This document shows, piece by piece, positions 56,244 through 64,000 of a DNA stretch of 64,000 nucleotides (positions within the stretch are counted from its first letter, which is position 1; each line of letters starts with the position of its first letter). The notes under the pieces were generated by a model. The model was not told the origin of the DNA, ran no database searches, and worked only from the letters and a program-made list of their open reading frames with translations. Made by a program: the position numbers and the translations under genes. Where the stretch lies: the IMG/VR virus record IMGVR_UViG_3300035492_000236. One strand, 5' to 3'. Source of the stretch: a virus (lineage: Duplodnaviria > Caudoviricetes).

Positions 56244-58375
56244 CGTGTTTCCTCTTGATCCATCAGGTAGTTAGTGGCCTGCCGGCGAGTGGTGAATTTC
56301 TGCCCGTCGCATGCCATGATGTGGCGCAAGATTTCCATTGAGCGGTTATGGCCCAGCGGGAACTTCCCACGGTCGATGACCACGTCGAGGTTCATTGGCA
56401 CTTCCGCCATCAGGATGTTGCGCACAATCTCCCCAGCTTCCACCGGGTTATTTGCCCGACTGTGGATTTCCGCACAGACATTATCCCCCACGTAGGCTTC
56501 CAGGTGTCGGGCTTCCGACTCACCCATGAACTTGATCGGGTTTTCGCTAACTGGTCGACGGTTCTTGTCCGCGCTGTGACGCTTGGCAATCGTGCCAAAG
56601 CTTTGGAACTTGCCCGCACTGACTGCGGAGAATTCGCGACCGGTTTTGTCCAATCGGATCATGTACAACTCGCCGACGATGAACGATTCTTTGGTACGAA
56701 TCATTTCACCAGACGGGCCACGGAAGGTCAACGGTGAACGCACCGGCGGGTAATCCCGTTTGATGTTGCGCATCACCTCATCCATCGGAATGGGGTTACT
56801 GGATGGCACCCACAGTCGAAGGTCTTCTTCACGCAGGTCCTCGATGAACTCTACGATCTTGTCTATCGTCTGATGGGTATGTGCTACCGCATTTGCCCAG
56901 ATCGGATTAACGGCATTCAGGAACCCAATCAAGTACTCCCACGCCACCTCTGGACCATCGGACTCGTACATCTCCATTGTGCGCTTCTGCACATCGCGAC
57001 GCGCAGCATTCACGTAATGCTCAAAGCCTCGGTTGAAGTTGGTTCGCCGCAACATGGCGTTCTCAGACATCATGATGTCGACGCGGTTTCCGTAATCATC
57101 CACCGGCATGTCTTCATCATCCACCACCATGCAGACGATGCCTTTACCTCCCATGGTGTCAGTGATTTTACCAGACATGGCCAGCGGGATGGGGTACTTG
57201 ACAGTGATCTCGATACGGTAGTTATCGATCATGTCGTAGTTGAACTGCTTAACCCGTCGAGGCTCTCCTGGAATCACCGCATCCGGTTTGTCAGCGATGG
57301 CCATCCGCACAGCCTGACGTGCCCGTGGAGTGAGTGGTACTTGTCGACCGCGACGTCCCAACTCCTTGCGCTGTTCGTTATAGAACAGGCGGATCTCCTC
57401 CTGGTATTTGGACAGCGCCTCGGCATACTCGTCACAGATCTCTTGCATGCCGGCTGGCGTGGCCATCTTCGAGCTCGGCAACCGTCGACCTTCCGCATCA
57501 CGTTCCCTCGGCTTAGTGTCGTCGCGATGGATTTTGATATCCACCACCACGCTCTCCGGATCCACGAATGTGCAGATATCGTAGTGGCCGCAAGGCGTGG
57601 AGATCGCCCCCACAGACATTTCCACTGCGGCCAGTAGGGGATCGTACGGACGTTTAGCAAACAAAATACCGTCGTCGCGTATCTTCTCCCCTACTTTTGG
57701 AAACATCCGCCGATCATCACCTTCGCCGTAGATCATCAGAGGGTATTCTTTCTTGCCAACATCCATGGTAAAAGTTTTGTAGCCGTACGTCAGCATCTTC
57801 TCGGCGAAGCTACGAGAGATCAGGCACGAGTCCTCAATCACCATGGGATGCGACACCAAAATGGCGTTCGCGTGAACCCCTACCGACCATTCCCCCTCGA
57901 TGACCGATGGCGTTTCTGCCAGTACGGTGCCCTTCTTCAGCACCATTCCAGGCTTTAACTTGCGACCAATGTCAGTCAACTCCAGATTGTAACCAAAAGT
58001 TTGGTGGTTGGACATGTATTTCGGAATGATGATGATGTCAATTTCCGAACGGCCGCCGTCGGGATTGATGAGCTCAACAAACACCGTGGTTTCCATGGGT
58101 GTACGCAAACCAGGCCGTTCTACCCGTTCAATGGTTCGCAGTACCCGGCAAGTGTGCTCCACCACCACGTTGAACATGTAATTGGCGTAGTCGCGCTCAG
58201 GACCTGCGAAGATCTTGCGCAGCTCCGCCCCTACGCACTGCACCGTCTGCGGGTAGTGGGTGCCCTGCATGGCCACCCGTGCGCCAGACGAACCCTGCGG
58301 AAAGATCTGCAAGTTCGTTGTACATCCAACATAGTCCAGCCGGATTGAGCCGGGCTTGAGGTTGTTAATTTGCAT
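56240..58375 (-). CDS. Non-virion RNA polymerase beta subunit, C-terminal part (phiKZ gp71-73-like), uninterrupted
   Basis: IEDSCLIS, GKITDTMGGKGIV, GELYMIRLDK and KFMGESE are DPBB beta motifs. Confidence 0.92.
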   Translation of the reverse strand: MQINNLKPGSIRLDYVGCTTNLQIFPQGSSGARVAMQGTHYPQTVQCVGAELRKIFAGPERDYANYMFNVVVEHTCRVLRTIERVERPGLRTPMETTVFVELINPDGGRSEIDIIIIPKYMSNHQTFGYNLELTDIGRKLKPGMVLKKGTVLAETPSVIEGEWSVGVHANAILVSHPMVIEDSCLISRSFAEKMLTYGYKTFTMDVGKKEYPLMIYGEGDDRRMFPKVGEKIRDDGILFAKRPYDPLLAAVEMSVGAISTPCGHYDICTFVDPESVVVDIKIHRDDTKPRERDAEGRRLPSSKMATPAGMQEICDEYAEALSKYQEEIRLFYNEQRKELGRRGRQVPLTPRARQAVRMAIADKPDAVIPGEPRRVKQFNYDMIDNYRIEITVKYPIPLAMSGKITDTMGGKGIVCMVVDDEDMPVDDYGNRVDIMMSENAMLRRTNFNRGFEHYVNAARRDVQKRTMEMYESDGPEVAWEYLIGFLNAVNPIWANAVAHTHQTIDKIVEFIEDLREEDLRLWVPSSNPIPMDEVMRNIKRDYPPVRSPLTFRGPSGEMIRTKESFIVGELYMIRLDKTGREFSAVSAGKFQSFGTIAKRHSADKNRRPVSENPIKFMGESEARHLEAYVGDNVCAEIHSRANNPVEAGEIVRNILMAEVPMNLDVVIDRGKFPLGHNRSMEILRHIMACDGQKFTTRRQATNYLMDQEETR

Positions 58376-58407
58376 CCTATGATCTCCTAGGTATAGAACT
58401 TCGTGGA

Positions 58408-58422
58408 GATAAAATATATCCC
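58408..58422 (-). promoter_or_regulatory. AT-rich phage promoter-like motif (GATAAAATATATCCC)
   Basis: About 33 nt upstream of the nvRNAP beta gene start. Confidence 0.55.
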
Positions 58423-58443
58423 ACTTTTATTGGAGTGTTTTTT

Positions 58444-58770
58444 ATGTCGCCGCTCTCTCGACTGGTCACGTACAAGCCACATCGGAGTCAAACGGACGTT
58501 GCTATCCGTCGGCTACTTGGCACGCACTATCATTATCTAAAGACGCATCCCGACACACGAAGAATGGTGGTCGATCATGAAAAGGCTGCCCCGTTCTATT
58601 ATAACCTGTTCGCGTACTTACACAACGTTGGCATTGCGCGCGAGGTGCACTACTGTGTCATGTTGCTGTCGGACCTAATGAATCCCGAACAGTTCGACAG
58701 CAGCACGATGGAATTGGTGATTCCGGACTTGGTGTTGGTGGAAACCATCATCGCAGAAGCAGGTTTGTGA
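58444..58770 (+). CDS. Small conserved protein (phiKZ gp70-like by synteny; weak T4 gp53/LysM-like pattern)
   Basis: Start moved to ATG 58444 (GGAG RBS); HYCVMLLSDLMNPEQF...LVIPD. Confidence 0.55.
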   Translation: MSPLSRLVTYKPHRSQTDVAIRRLLGTHYHYLKTHPDTRRMVVDHEKAAPFYYNLFAYLHNVGIAREVHYCVMLLSDLMNPEQFDSSTMELVIPDLVLVETIIAEAGL

Positions 58771-58771
58771 T

Positions 58772-58806
58772 AAAAAAAGAGGGCCCAAGGCCCTCGTTTT
58801 TTTTTT
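58772..58806. terminator. Bidirectional rho-independent terminator
   Basis: A7-GAGGGCC/GGCCCTC-T10 between convergent genes. Confidence 0.85.
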
Positions 58807-58817
58807 ATTTGTGTTGA

Positions 58818-60047
58818 TTAAATACCCAGACGGCTCAGGCTAAACCGCCCACCACCGTCACGGTCATCACGACGTCGATCGCGACGGTCATCGCGACGGT
58901 CATCGTAACGGCGGCTATTACGGTCTGACAAGTCCAGCGGTCCGCGCCGACGACTACGACGATCGTCGTAACGATCGTCGTAACGATCATCATAGCGGTC
59001 CCGGCGATCTTCCAGGTCACGAGGGTCACGTAGCATGTCAGACACGCTTACACGACCGCTACCACTTCGACTGTCGCGGCGTTCGTCGCGAGCGTCATCA
59101 TCGCGACGGCGACGGGGCACATCCGGTTCAAACGGCGGTTCGTCATCGTCGTCTCGCTTGCGCACTGTCACGTTCGCCTGGTCGTACATCGCGGCTTCCG
59201 GTTCAATGCCTGCATTACGGCCCGTAGTTTCCAGTTTAGTGCCCTCGTTACCGGGGAGTTTCGGAATGTGGCGACGGAACTTATCCATGTCATCGTATTC
59301 GGTCAACCACTCCAGCGGCACCAGCGGTACGGGATTTACCTTGGACAACACTTCCGCGTACTTATTGTACTGTTGGACACTGTCGCGGACCACTTGCAGC
59401 AGAACATCGAGATAAGGTGTGGCGTGGTTAGAACCATGGGGGGTCAGCACAGGCTCAAACAGGCACTTCACCAGCTCCCGAATAGTGTTGGCATCCTGGA
59501 CAGAGATCGGCAACCCGAACGGCTTACCACCTTCAGTTTCCAGCAGCGGAATTGACAAGTCAGCCCGGCGCTGCACTTTGGTTCCATCAAGGTCGCTAGA
59601 ACGACTGACGTACAGTTTGAGGAAGTGTTCTTTGGCGAACCGGCCTTGCAGTTTCTTCCACGCTTTGACGGTGGTTTCTTTTGCATTAGGAATCGGCAGC
59701 TTGGCGAACAGGGGATTCTTCACATCCTTGGCCAACTTGGGGTCAGCCGCCACCGTCAAGATGGCGGTGATCAGGTTACTGTACATGATCGTGGTGTGGG
59801 CTCGCCACAGCCGCAGCATAAAGTGGTAGGTTTCCGACTGACCCATCATGGCGTCTTCACACAGTGGATGAAACGGCCACACCTCGGACCAGTCATTGGC
59901 GTCCAGGTACGCTTTGGTTGGAATAACCACATCCTTGTCGCCTATTTTGTACGGTACTTGACTGACTGGATTCAGCACCACACCAGCATCGGTCACCACC
60001 GCGCCCAGGGACTCCAGGATATCTTGATAAAACTTTTGTACTTTCAT
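58818..60047 (-). CDS. picA: Probable phage-nucleus protein import factor PicA/Imp1 (phiKZ gp69-like)
   Basis: Assigned by synteny between the gp68- and gp70-like genes; FHPLCED motif and a disordered charged C-terminus. Not verified by alignment. Confidence 0.6.
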   Translation of the reverse strand: MKVQKFYQDILESLGAVVTDAGVVLNPVSQVPYKIGDKDVVIPTKAYLDANDWSEVWPFHPLCEDAMMGQSETYHFMLRLWRAHTTIMYSNLITAILTVAADPKLAKDVKNPLFAKLPIPNAKETTVKAWKKLQGRFAKEHFLKLYVSRSSDLDGTKVQRRADLSIPLLETEGGKPFGLPISVQDANTIRELVKCLFEPVLTPHGSNHATPYLDVLLQVVRDSVQQYNKYAEVLSKVNPVPLVPLEWLTEYDDMDKFRRHIPKLPGNEGTKLETTGRNAGIEPEAAMYDQANVTVRKRDDDDEPPFEPDVPRRRRDDDARDERRDSRSGSGRVSVSDMLRDPRDLEDRRDRYDDRYDDRYDDRRSRRRGPLDLSDRNSRRYDDRRDDRRDRRRDDRDGGGRFSLSRLGI

Positions 60048-60101
60048 TAGTAAGGCCTCTGAAGGTTATGGGGAGGGTGGATTCCACCCTCCATGCATTT
60101 G

Positions 60102-61664
60102 TTAACGACGGCGCCGGGACGAAGACGGCAGATCCAAGTCCAGCAGGTCGAGGCCGCTGTTACGGCGGCGGTTGGTGTCTTCTACTTTACCGTCACGAAT
60201 GCGACTGGTGGTATCAATACGCCCCTTCCCACCGACGAAATCATCGATGGCTTCATCTACTTTCTTCCGCAGGTCGACGTAGCGCTCAGCGTTGTCGTCG
60301 ATGAGGCTTTTGTTGCGCGTCACTACTGGAGTCAGCATGGCGTCGGCGAATGACGGGAATACGTAAGGAACCGTGGGGTTGTCGTCGATGGAAATCTCCA
60401 CGCGGGTGAAACCACCCTCCTCGGAACTCACCGACAGATCCACGTCGAAGTAGCCATTATTACTGATGACGTTGAACACCTCGCGAATTACCCGACCTTT
60501 GAAGGTGTCAATGACTGAGATGTCATCGAAGTCTTCACCGATATAACTGGCAGAGTCCTCCAGAATGAATTGCGGTTCACGGTCGTATGTCCGCAGGTTG
60601 TTGATTCGGAACTGCACGAAGCTGAACAGACACCCTAGCATGATGATCGGAATAGCGTGACAGACTTGGGCCGCTGCCATGGTTTCCGGACTGGCCCCAT
60701 ACCACACTTCTGACTCAAACGAGAATATGTTGTGGGCGATGGGGGCAATCTTGGTCACCTCATCCAAATCCTGCAAGGACCGACGGTCTGTGAAAGGTAC
60801 CAGGTCACGGTACTCGAAGAAGTTATCCTCCGCGTAGTTACTCCGTGAAGCAATGGCTTTCAGGAACAGGTTACTATCCACACGTTGCGGTCGCAGGATG
60901 TCCGCCGCTTCACTTTCCCGTGACATGTCCATGATGTCGTTGGAGTAGGTTCTGAGGTTACCGAGACCCTGGCGGTCGGCCGCCACCACCTGTGCCAAGT
61001 AGCGGTTGCTGTCGTTAGAATCGCGGCGGTTCATCTCCACGCCATACTGAAAGGTATTGCGCAGGTCAATACTGTCATCGTGCCGGCCGGTTTCTTTGTG
61101 GGTGTCTACGGTATTAAACAAGTCGTAAGGACGCATCAGGTATTCGGAACCGCCAGACCTGCCAGTGATGTCGATGTCACCGAGCATGGTTTGTTGGGAG
61201 TCCAACACCTTGCTGGAGATATAGGTACGACCGCGGCGGTCCTTCTTCTCGATATCCCGAATAAGCACCACGCTGTTAACGTACATCTCCAAGTCAGGCG
61301 CTACGGTGTTTTCGTGCGACAAATCCACACGGTCCGTGTAACCGACCACGAACGCGCGGGTAGCAGAGTTACGGTGGCGGGCGAAGCCTTCGATTTCCAC
61401 TTCCGCGATAAACCGGTAGCGATTCTCACGCCACGCCCGTCGACCAGTGCGGCCAGCAATGCCCACTTCTTCGGCTTCACTGGACAGTCGCAGTGCTTCA
61501 GAGGCAGTGCCAATAAACAGGTCAGGTGATAGGTTGCCATGGTTACTGCGAACCAGCGATTCGATCGACTGCAACACATCACCCCCAACGTTAAACTCGA
61601 AGGGGTGACGGTACTGCTCTTCCAGGTCAGCCACTTCGATCAGGGTCAGTTTAGTCAGTCTCAT
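60102..61664 (-). CDS. Non-virion RNAP promoter-specificity (sigma-like) subunit (phiKZ gp68-like)
   Basis: 520 aa, position upstream of the gp69-71 block; W.E.RYRF, GYTD and YLMRPYD. Confidence 0.7.
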   Translation of the reverse strand: MRLTKLTLIEVADLEEQYRHPFEFNVGGDVLQSIESLVRSNHGNLSPDLFIGTASEALRLSSEAEEVGIAGRTGRRAWRENRYRFIAEVEIEGFARHRNSATRAFVVGYTDRVDLSHENTVAPDLEMYVNSVVLIRDIEKKDRRGRTYISSKVLDSQQTMLGDIDITGRSGGSEYLMRPYDLFNTVDTHKETGRHDDSIDLRNTFQYGVEMNRRDSNDSNRYLAQVVAADRQGLGNLRTYSNDIMDMSRESEAADILRPQRVDSNLFLKAIASRSNYAEDNFFEYRDLVPFTDRRSLQDLDEVTKIAPIAHNIFSFESEVWYGASPETMAAAQVCHAIPIIMLGCLFSFVQFRINNLRTYDREPQFILEDSASYIGEDFDDISVIDTFKGRVIREVFNVISNNGYFDVDLSVSSEEGGFTRVEISIDDNPTVPYVFPSFADAMLTPVVTRNKSLIDDNAERYVDLRKKVDEAIDDFVGGKGRIDTTSRIRDGKVEDTNRRRNSGLDLLDLDLPSSSRRRR

Positions 61665-61688
61665 TGATGATCTCCAATTACTACGATG

Positions 61689-63284
61689 TTAACGGTTGCG
61701 ATTTAGTTTAATCAGGAGTTCTGCCAGGTCACACTTTAATGTGCTGGCCGGTTTAAAAGTGCCAAAGTCTTGTTGGAGGTGCTCGGCTACTTTCTTACTG
61801 CAATGCAGTTCCCATTGACGGTCCGCGTAGAGCTTAGCGAACTCACCAATGGCCACGAATCCAGGACACAGTGCTTTCGGATCAGACGAGTCCCGTGTGT
61901 GGCGGTAGTACGGATAAATCTCCCGCAACTTCTCCCGCAAGTCTAGCGACGGGGTTTCAAACGGGGTGGCGATGATCGGTGCGTAGTAATCCGTTTCCAC
62001 CGGTCTAGCGCTGAGCAATGGCGCCAGGGCACGAAACCGCCAGTGGATCAACGCTGCCTGTGTTAGACCCATGGCATTGATCATGGCTTCTCGATCAATG
62101 TAGGGGATTGCCCGCGGCATGATGAGGTTACCCAACACCCACTGCACTGCCGCCACGTGGTCCGGCCGGATAGGACGAGGCGAATACTCGTGAAACGACT
62201 CGATGCAGGTTTTTACCAACGACGAAGGGATGGTCTCATCCAACTGCCGGCGCACTTTACGGTAGTCGTAAAGATACACTTGGTTGGTCAGATATACGTC
62301 GTCGCTGACAGACTGCCTAACCGAGTACGTTTCAAGGTACCCAATCTTATCTTCGTCGGCGCCACCGCCACGACTCACCCGCTCGCGCAGCGGTTGGAAT
62401 TTATCGCCTAGCTTGCTGGCTTCCGACTCCACCCGAGTGTAGATGGTGGAGATAAGGTTGCCGCGGTCTGCGAAGGCGTTGATTTCCCGGATGGCTAGTT
62501 TGTCAATAATAGCTGTCGCAAACAAGTAATACGGGATGTCTGCCGAACCGAAGCCTGCTACCACCGACCCCAGACTTTCATGCGCTTTGACTTTGTGACA
62601 CACCGCTTCCACGAACTCAAACAGCCGCTCAGTGGCCGGGTGCTTAATCAGTTCCGTCTTGCGCAGAGTCCGCAGCAAGTCGTATTCAAAGAACGCCTTG
62701 CGTTTGGTGTCGGTACTGTTATTACACCGCAGTGCTTTCATCCAGATCGGATACACTGAACGGAAGATCACCGCCAACACTGCTAAGTCGAAGTATTCAT
62801 GTGTCAGGTACGTGGTCACTCGGTCTTTGGAGTTGTACTGACTCTCGAACTTATCCTTGACCGTGTCCGGATAGTCGATGTGCTGGGTTTTCATGAACTC
62901 AGCCACTGCATCGAAGGGATGGTATTTGTCCACGACGGTGCGCACCACCTCTTCCAGCATCGCAGCCCGCTCTGCCGGATTGGGGATGGCAGGGTAATCT
63001 TCCACCACCCGCTCATACAGCTCAAACAGCTCGCGTCTACTTTGCGCAGGTAAGGTAGCCCAGTACCCATTCAGCTCTTTGAAGATGGCTTCCGTATACT
63101 GTTTGCGGATACTGTCAAACGACTTTCGTTCTTTTGCCGTGAGGTTCTGTCGGTTCAAGTTAGGTTTGAACTTCTCGAAATCGAGCACGTCTTCTCTGGC
63201 GGTTGGGTCCTTCGGCTCAAAGTCCGACTTCTCCAACTTCACACATAGCGTCCGTTGTTCGTCGGCCTCTACATAAATGATCAT
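61689..63284 (-). CDS. Conserved protein (phiKZ gp67-like by synteny; phiKZ gp67 is recalled as an import cofactor)
   Basis: 531 aa, first gene of the operon with the gp68/gp69-like genes. Confidence 0.5.
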   Translation of the reverse strand: MIIYVEADEQRTLCVKLEKSDFEPKDPTAREDVLDFEKFKPNLNRQNLTAKERKSFDSIRKQYTEAIFKELNGYWATLPAQSRRELFELYERVVEDYPAIPNPAERAAMLEEVVRTVVDKYHPFDAVAEFMKTQHIDYPDTVKDKFESQYNSKDRVTTYLTHEYFDLAVLAVIFRSVYPIWMKALRCNNSTDTKRKAFFEYDLLRTLRKTELIKHPATERLFEFVEAVCHKVKAHESLGSVVAGFGSADIPYYLFATAIIDKLAIREINAFADRGNLISTIYTRVESEASKLGDKFQPLRERVSRGGGADEDKIGYLETYSVRQSVSDDVYLTNQVYLYDYRKVRRQLDETIPSSLVKTCIESFHEYSPRPIRPDHVAAVQWVLGNLIMPRAIPYIDREAMINAMGLTQAALIHWRFRALAPLLSARPVETDYYAPIIATPFETPSLDLREKLREIYPYYRHTRDSSDPKALCPGFVAIGEFAKLYADRQWELHCSKKVAEHLQQDFGTFKPASTLKCDLAELLIKLNRNR

Positions 63285-63306
63285 ACTGACCTCCTTTGTT
63301 CGCTAT

Positions 63307-63321
63307 GATAAAATATACTTG
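63307..63321 (-). promoter_or_regulatory. AT-rich phage promoter-like motif (GATAAAATATACTTG)
   Basis: About 23 nt upstream of ATG 63284. Confidence 0.55.
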
Positions 63322-63363
63322 AAAGTTTTTAGACGGGCCATCAGCCCGCCTAAAAAACTGAAG

Positions 63364-63999
63364 TTAGATGTTGATGAAGTCGTCGAAGTCTCCGTCAGCC
63401 GCCGGCGGACGATTGTTGTTACTATTGAAGTTATTGCCGCCGCCGCCGTAGTTGCGGTTACCGCCACCATTACCGCCGTAGCTCTTATTACCGCCAAAGC
63501 CTTTATTGGTGTCCTGACGCTGTTCTGGCATATAGTTCTTTTCCCACTCGCGAGCAACGATTTCGCCTACGCGATTCACCCAGTTAATGGCGCGGCGGCG
63601 AGACATCTCAGATTCCGGCATCGGCTGTCCATTGAGAGCGTGTGCGTATTGTTTCAGTGGCAGGAATTCAAACCGCACTGCCGGAGTGTCGGGTGAGCCC
63701 AGCGCCAGGAATACCAGGCCATCGTTATCGCGACCAACCATGACTGTGGAGACCACTTGATCACGCTTCTTACAGGCGATATCATGGCGATAGGTCTCTT
63801 TGGATGCGGCTGCCATTTTAACCGACGCCAACAGGTCATCCCAGGCATCGATGGTCAGGTCGGCATTGATCCACTTTTCGCCGCTACGAGCAGACAGCGA
63901 CACCCGGTTAAACCGGTTCGGGTTGATTTGCAGACGGCCGGAACGGCCAGAGCCGTCGGGGCGAGTGCCGAGCTGGAGTGAGCGTTCTTTGAGTACTTC
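63364..63999 (-). CDS. Putative single-stranded DNA-binding protein, 5'-partial
   Basis: Frame stays open upstream of the track start 63903 to the window edge. Gly/Asn linker and acidic tip DGDFDDFINI resemble SSB C-termini. Confidence 0.5.
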   Translation of the reverse strand, partial: EVLKERSLQLGTRPDGSGRSGRLQINPNRFNRVSLSARSGEKWINADLTIDAWDDLLASVKMAAASKETYRHDIACKKRDQVVSTVMVGRDNDGLVFLALGSPDTPAVRFEFLPLKQYAHALNGQPMPESEMSRRRAINWVNRVGEIVAREWEKNYMPEQRQDTNKGFGGNKSYGGNGGGNRNYGGGGNNFNSNNNRPPAADGDFDDFINI

Positions 64000-64000
64000 A

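Noticed and set aside
58860-59000. Short tandem repeats as a possible CRISPR array
   Set aside because: Units are 9-12 nt, in frame within a CDS, with no unique spacers and no cas genes.
1-64000. tRNA genes, inteins, and further introns in RNAP or helicase genes
   Set aside because: No cloverleaf or intein (C/S...HN) signature was noticed by eye and these proteins have ordinary lengths; tRNAscan-SE and Infernal would be needed to exclude them formally.

Overview
This window is part of a phiKZ-like (Chimalliviridae-type, probably nucleus-forming) jumbo phage genome. It follows the conserved phiKZ gene order from about gp66 to gp129. It carries the portal, major capsid protein, DnaB-like helicase, internal head/ejection proteins, baseplate-type virion proteins and an SF2 helicase. 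It also carries RuvC, four non-virion RNA polymerase subunits, one virion RNAP subunit, a probable PicA/Imp1 nuclear-import protein and a family-B DNA polymerase subunit. phiKZ gp numbers are assigned from remembered synteny plus protein motifs, not from a database search. The ORF track misses several things. (1) A 520-nt ORF-less group I intron (44007-44526) splits the DNA polymerase gene, and splicing joins the two ORFs into one continuous frame (W-I-V-T-L-P). (2) A probable programmed -1 frameshift at GTTTTTT (50376-50382) would fuse a tail/baseplate assembly chaperone-like ORF to the next ORF, as in the P2 E/E' or lambda G/GT arrangement. (3) A five-member virion 'anchor' module family occurs alone or fused to swapped Kelch or Gly-rich cargo domains. 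(4) There is a recurring AT-rich promoter-like motif, and a conserved GTGC directly after the T-tract of six terminators. No tRNA, CRISPR array, intein or homing endonuclease was recognised.
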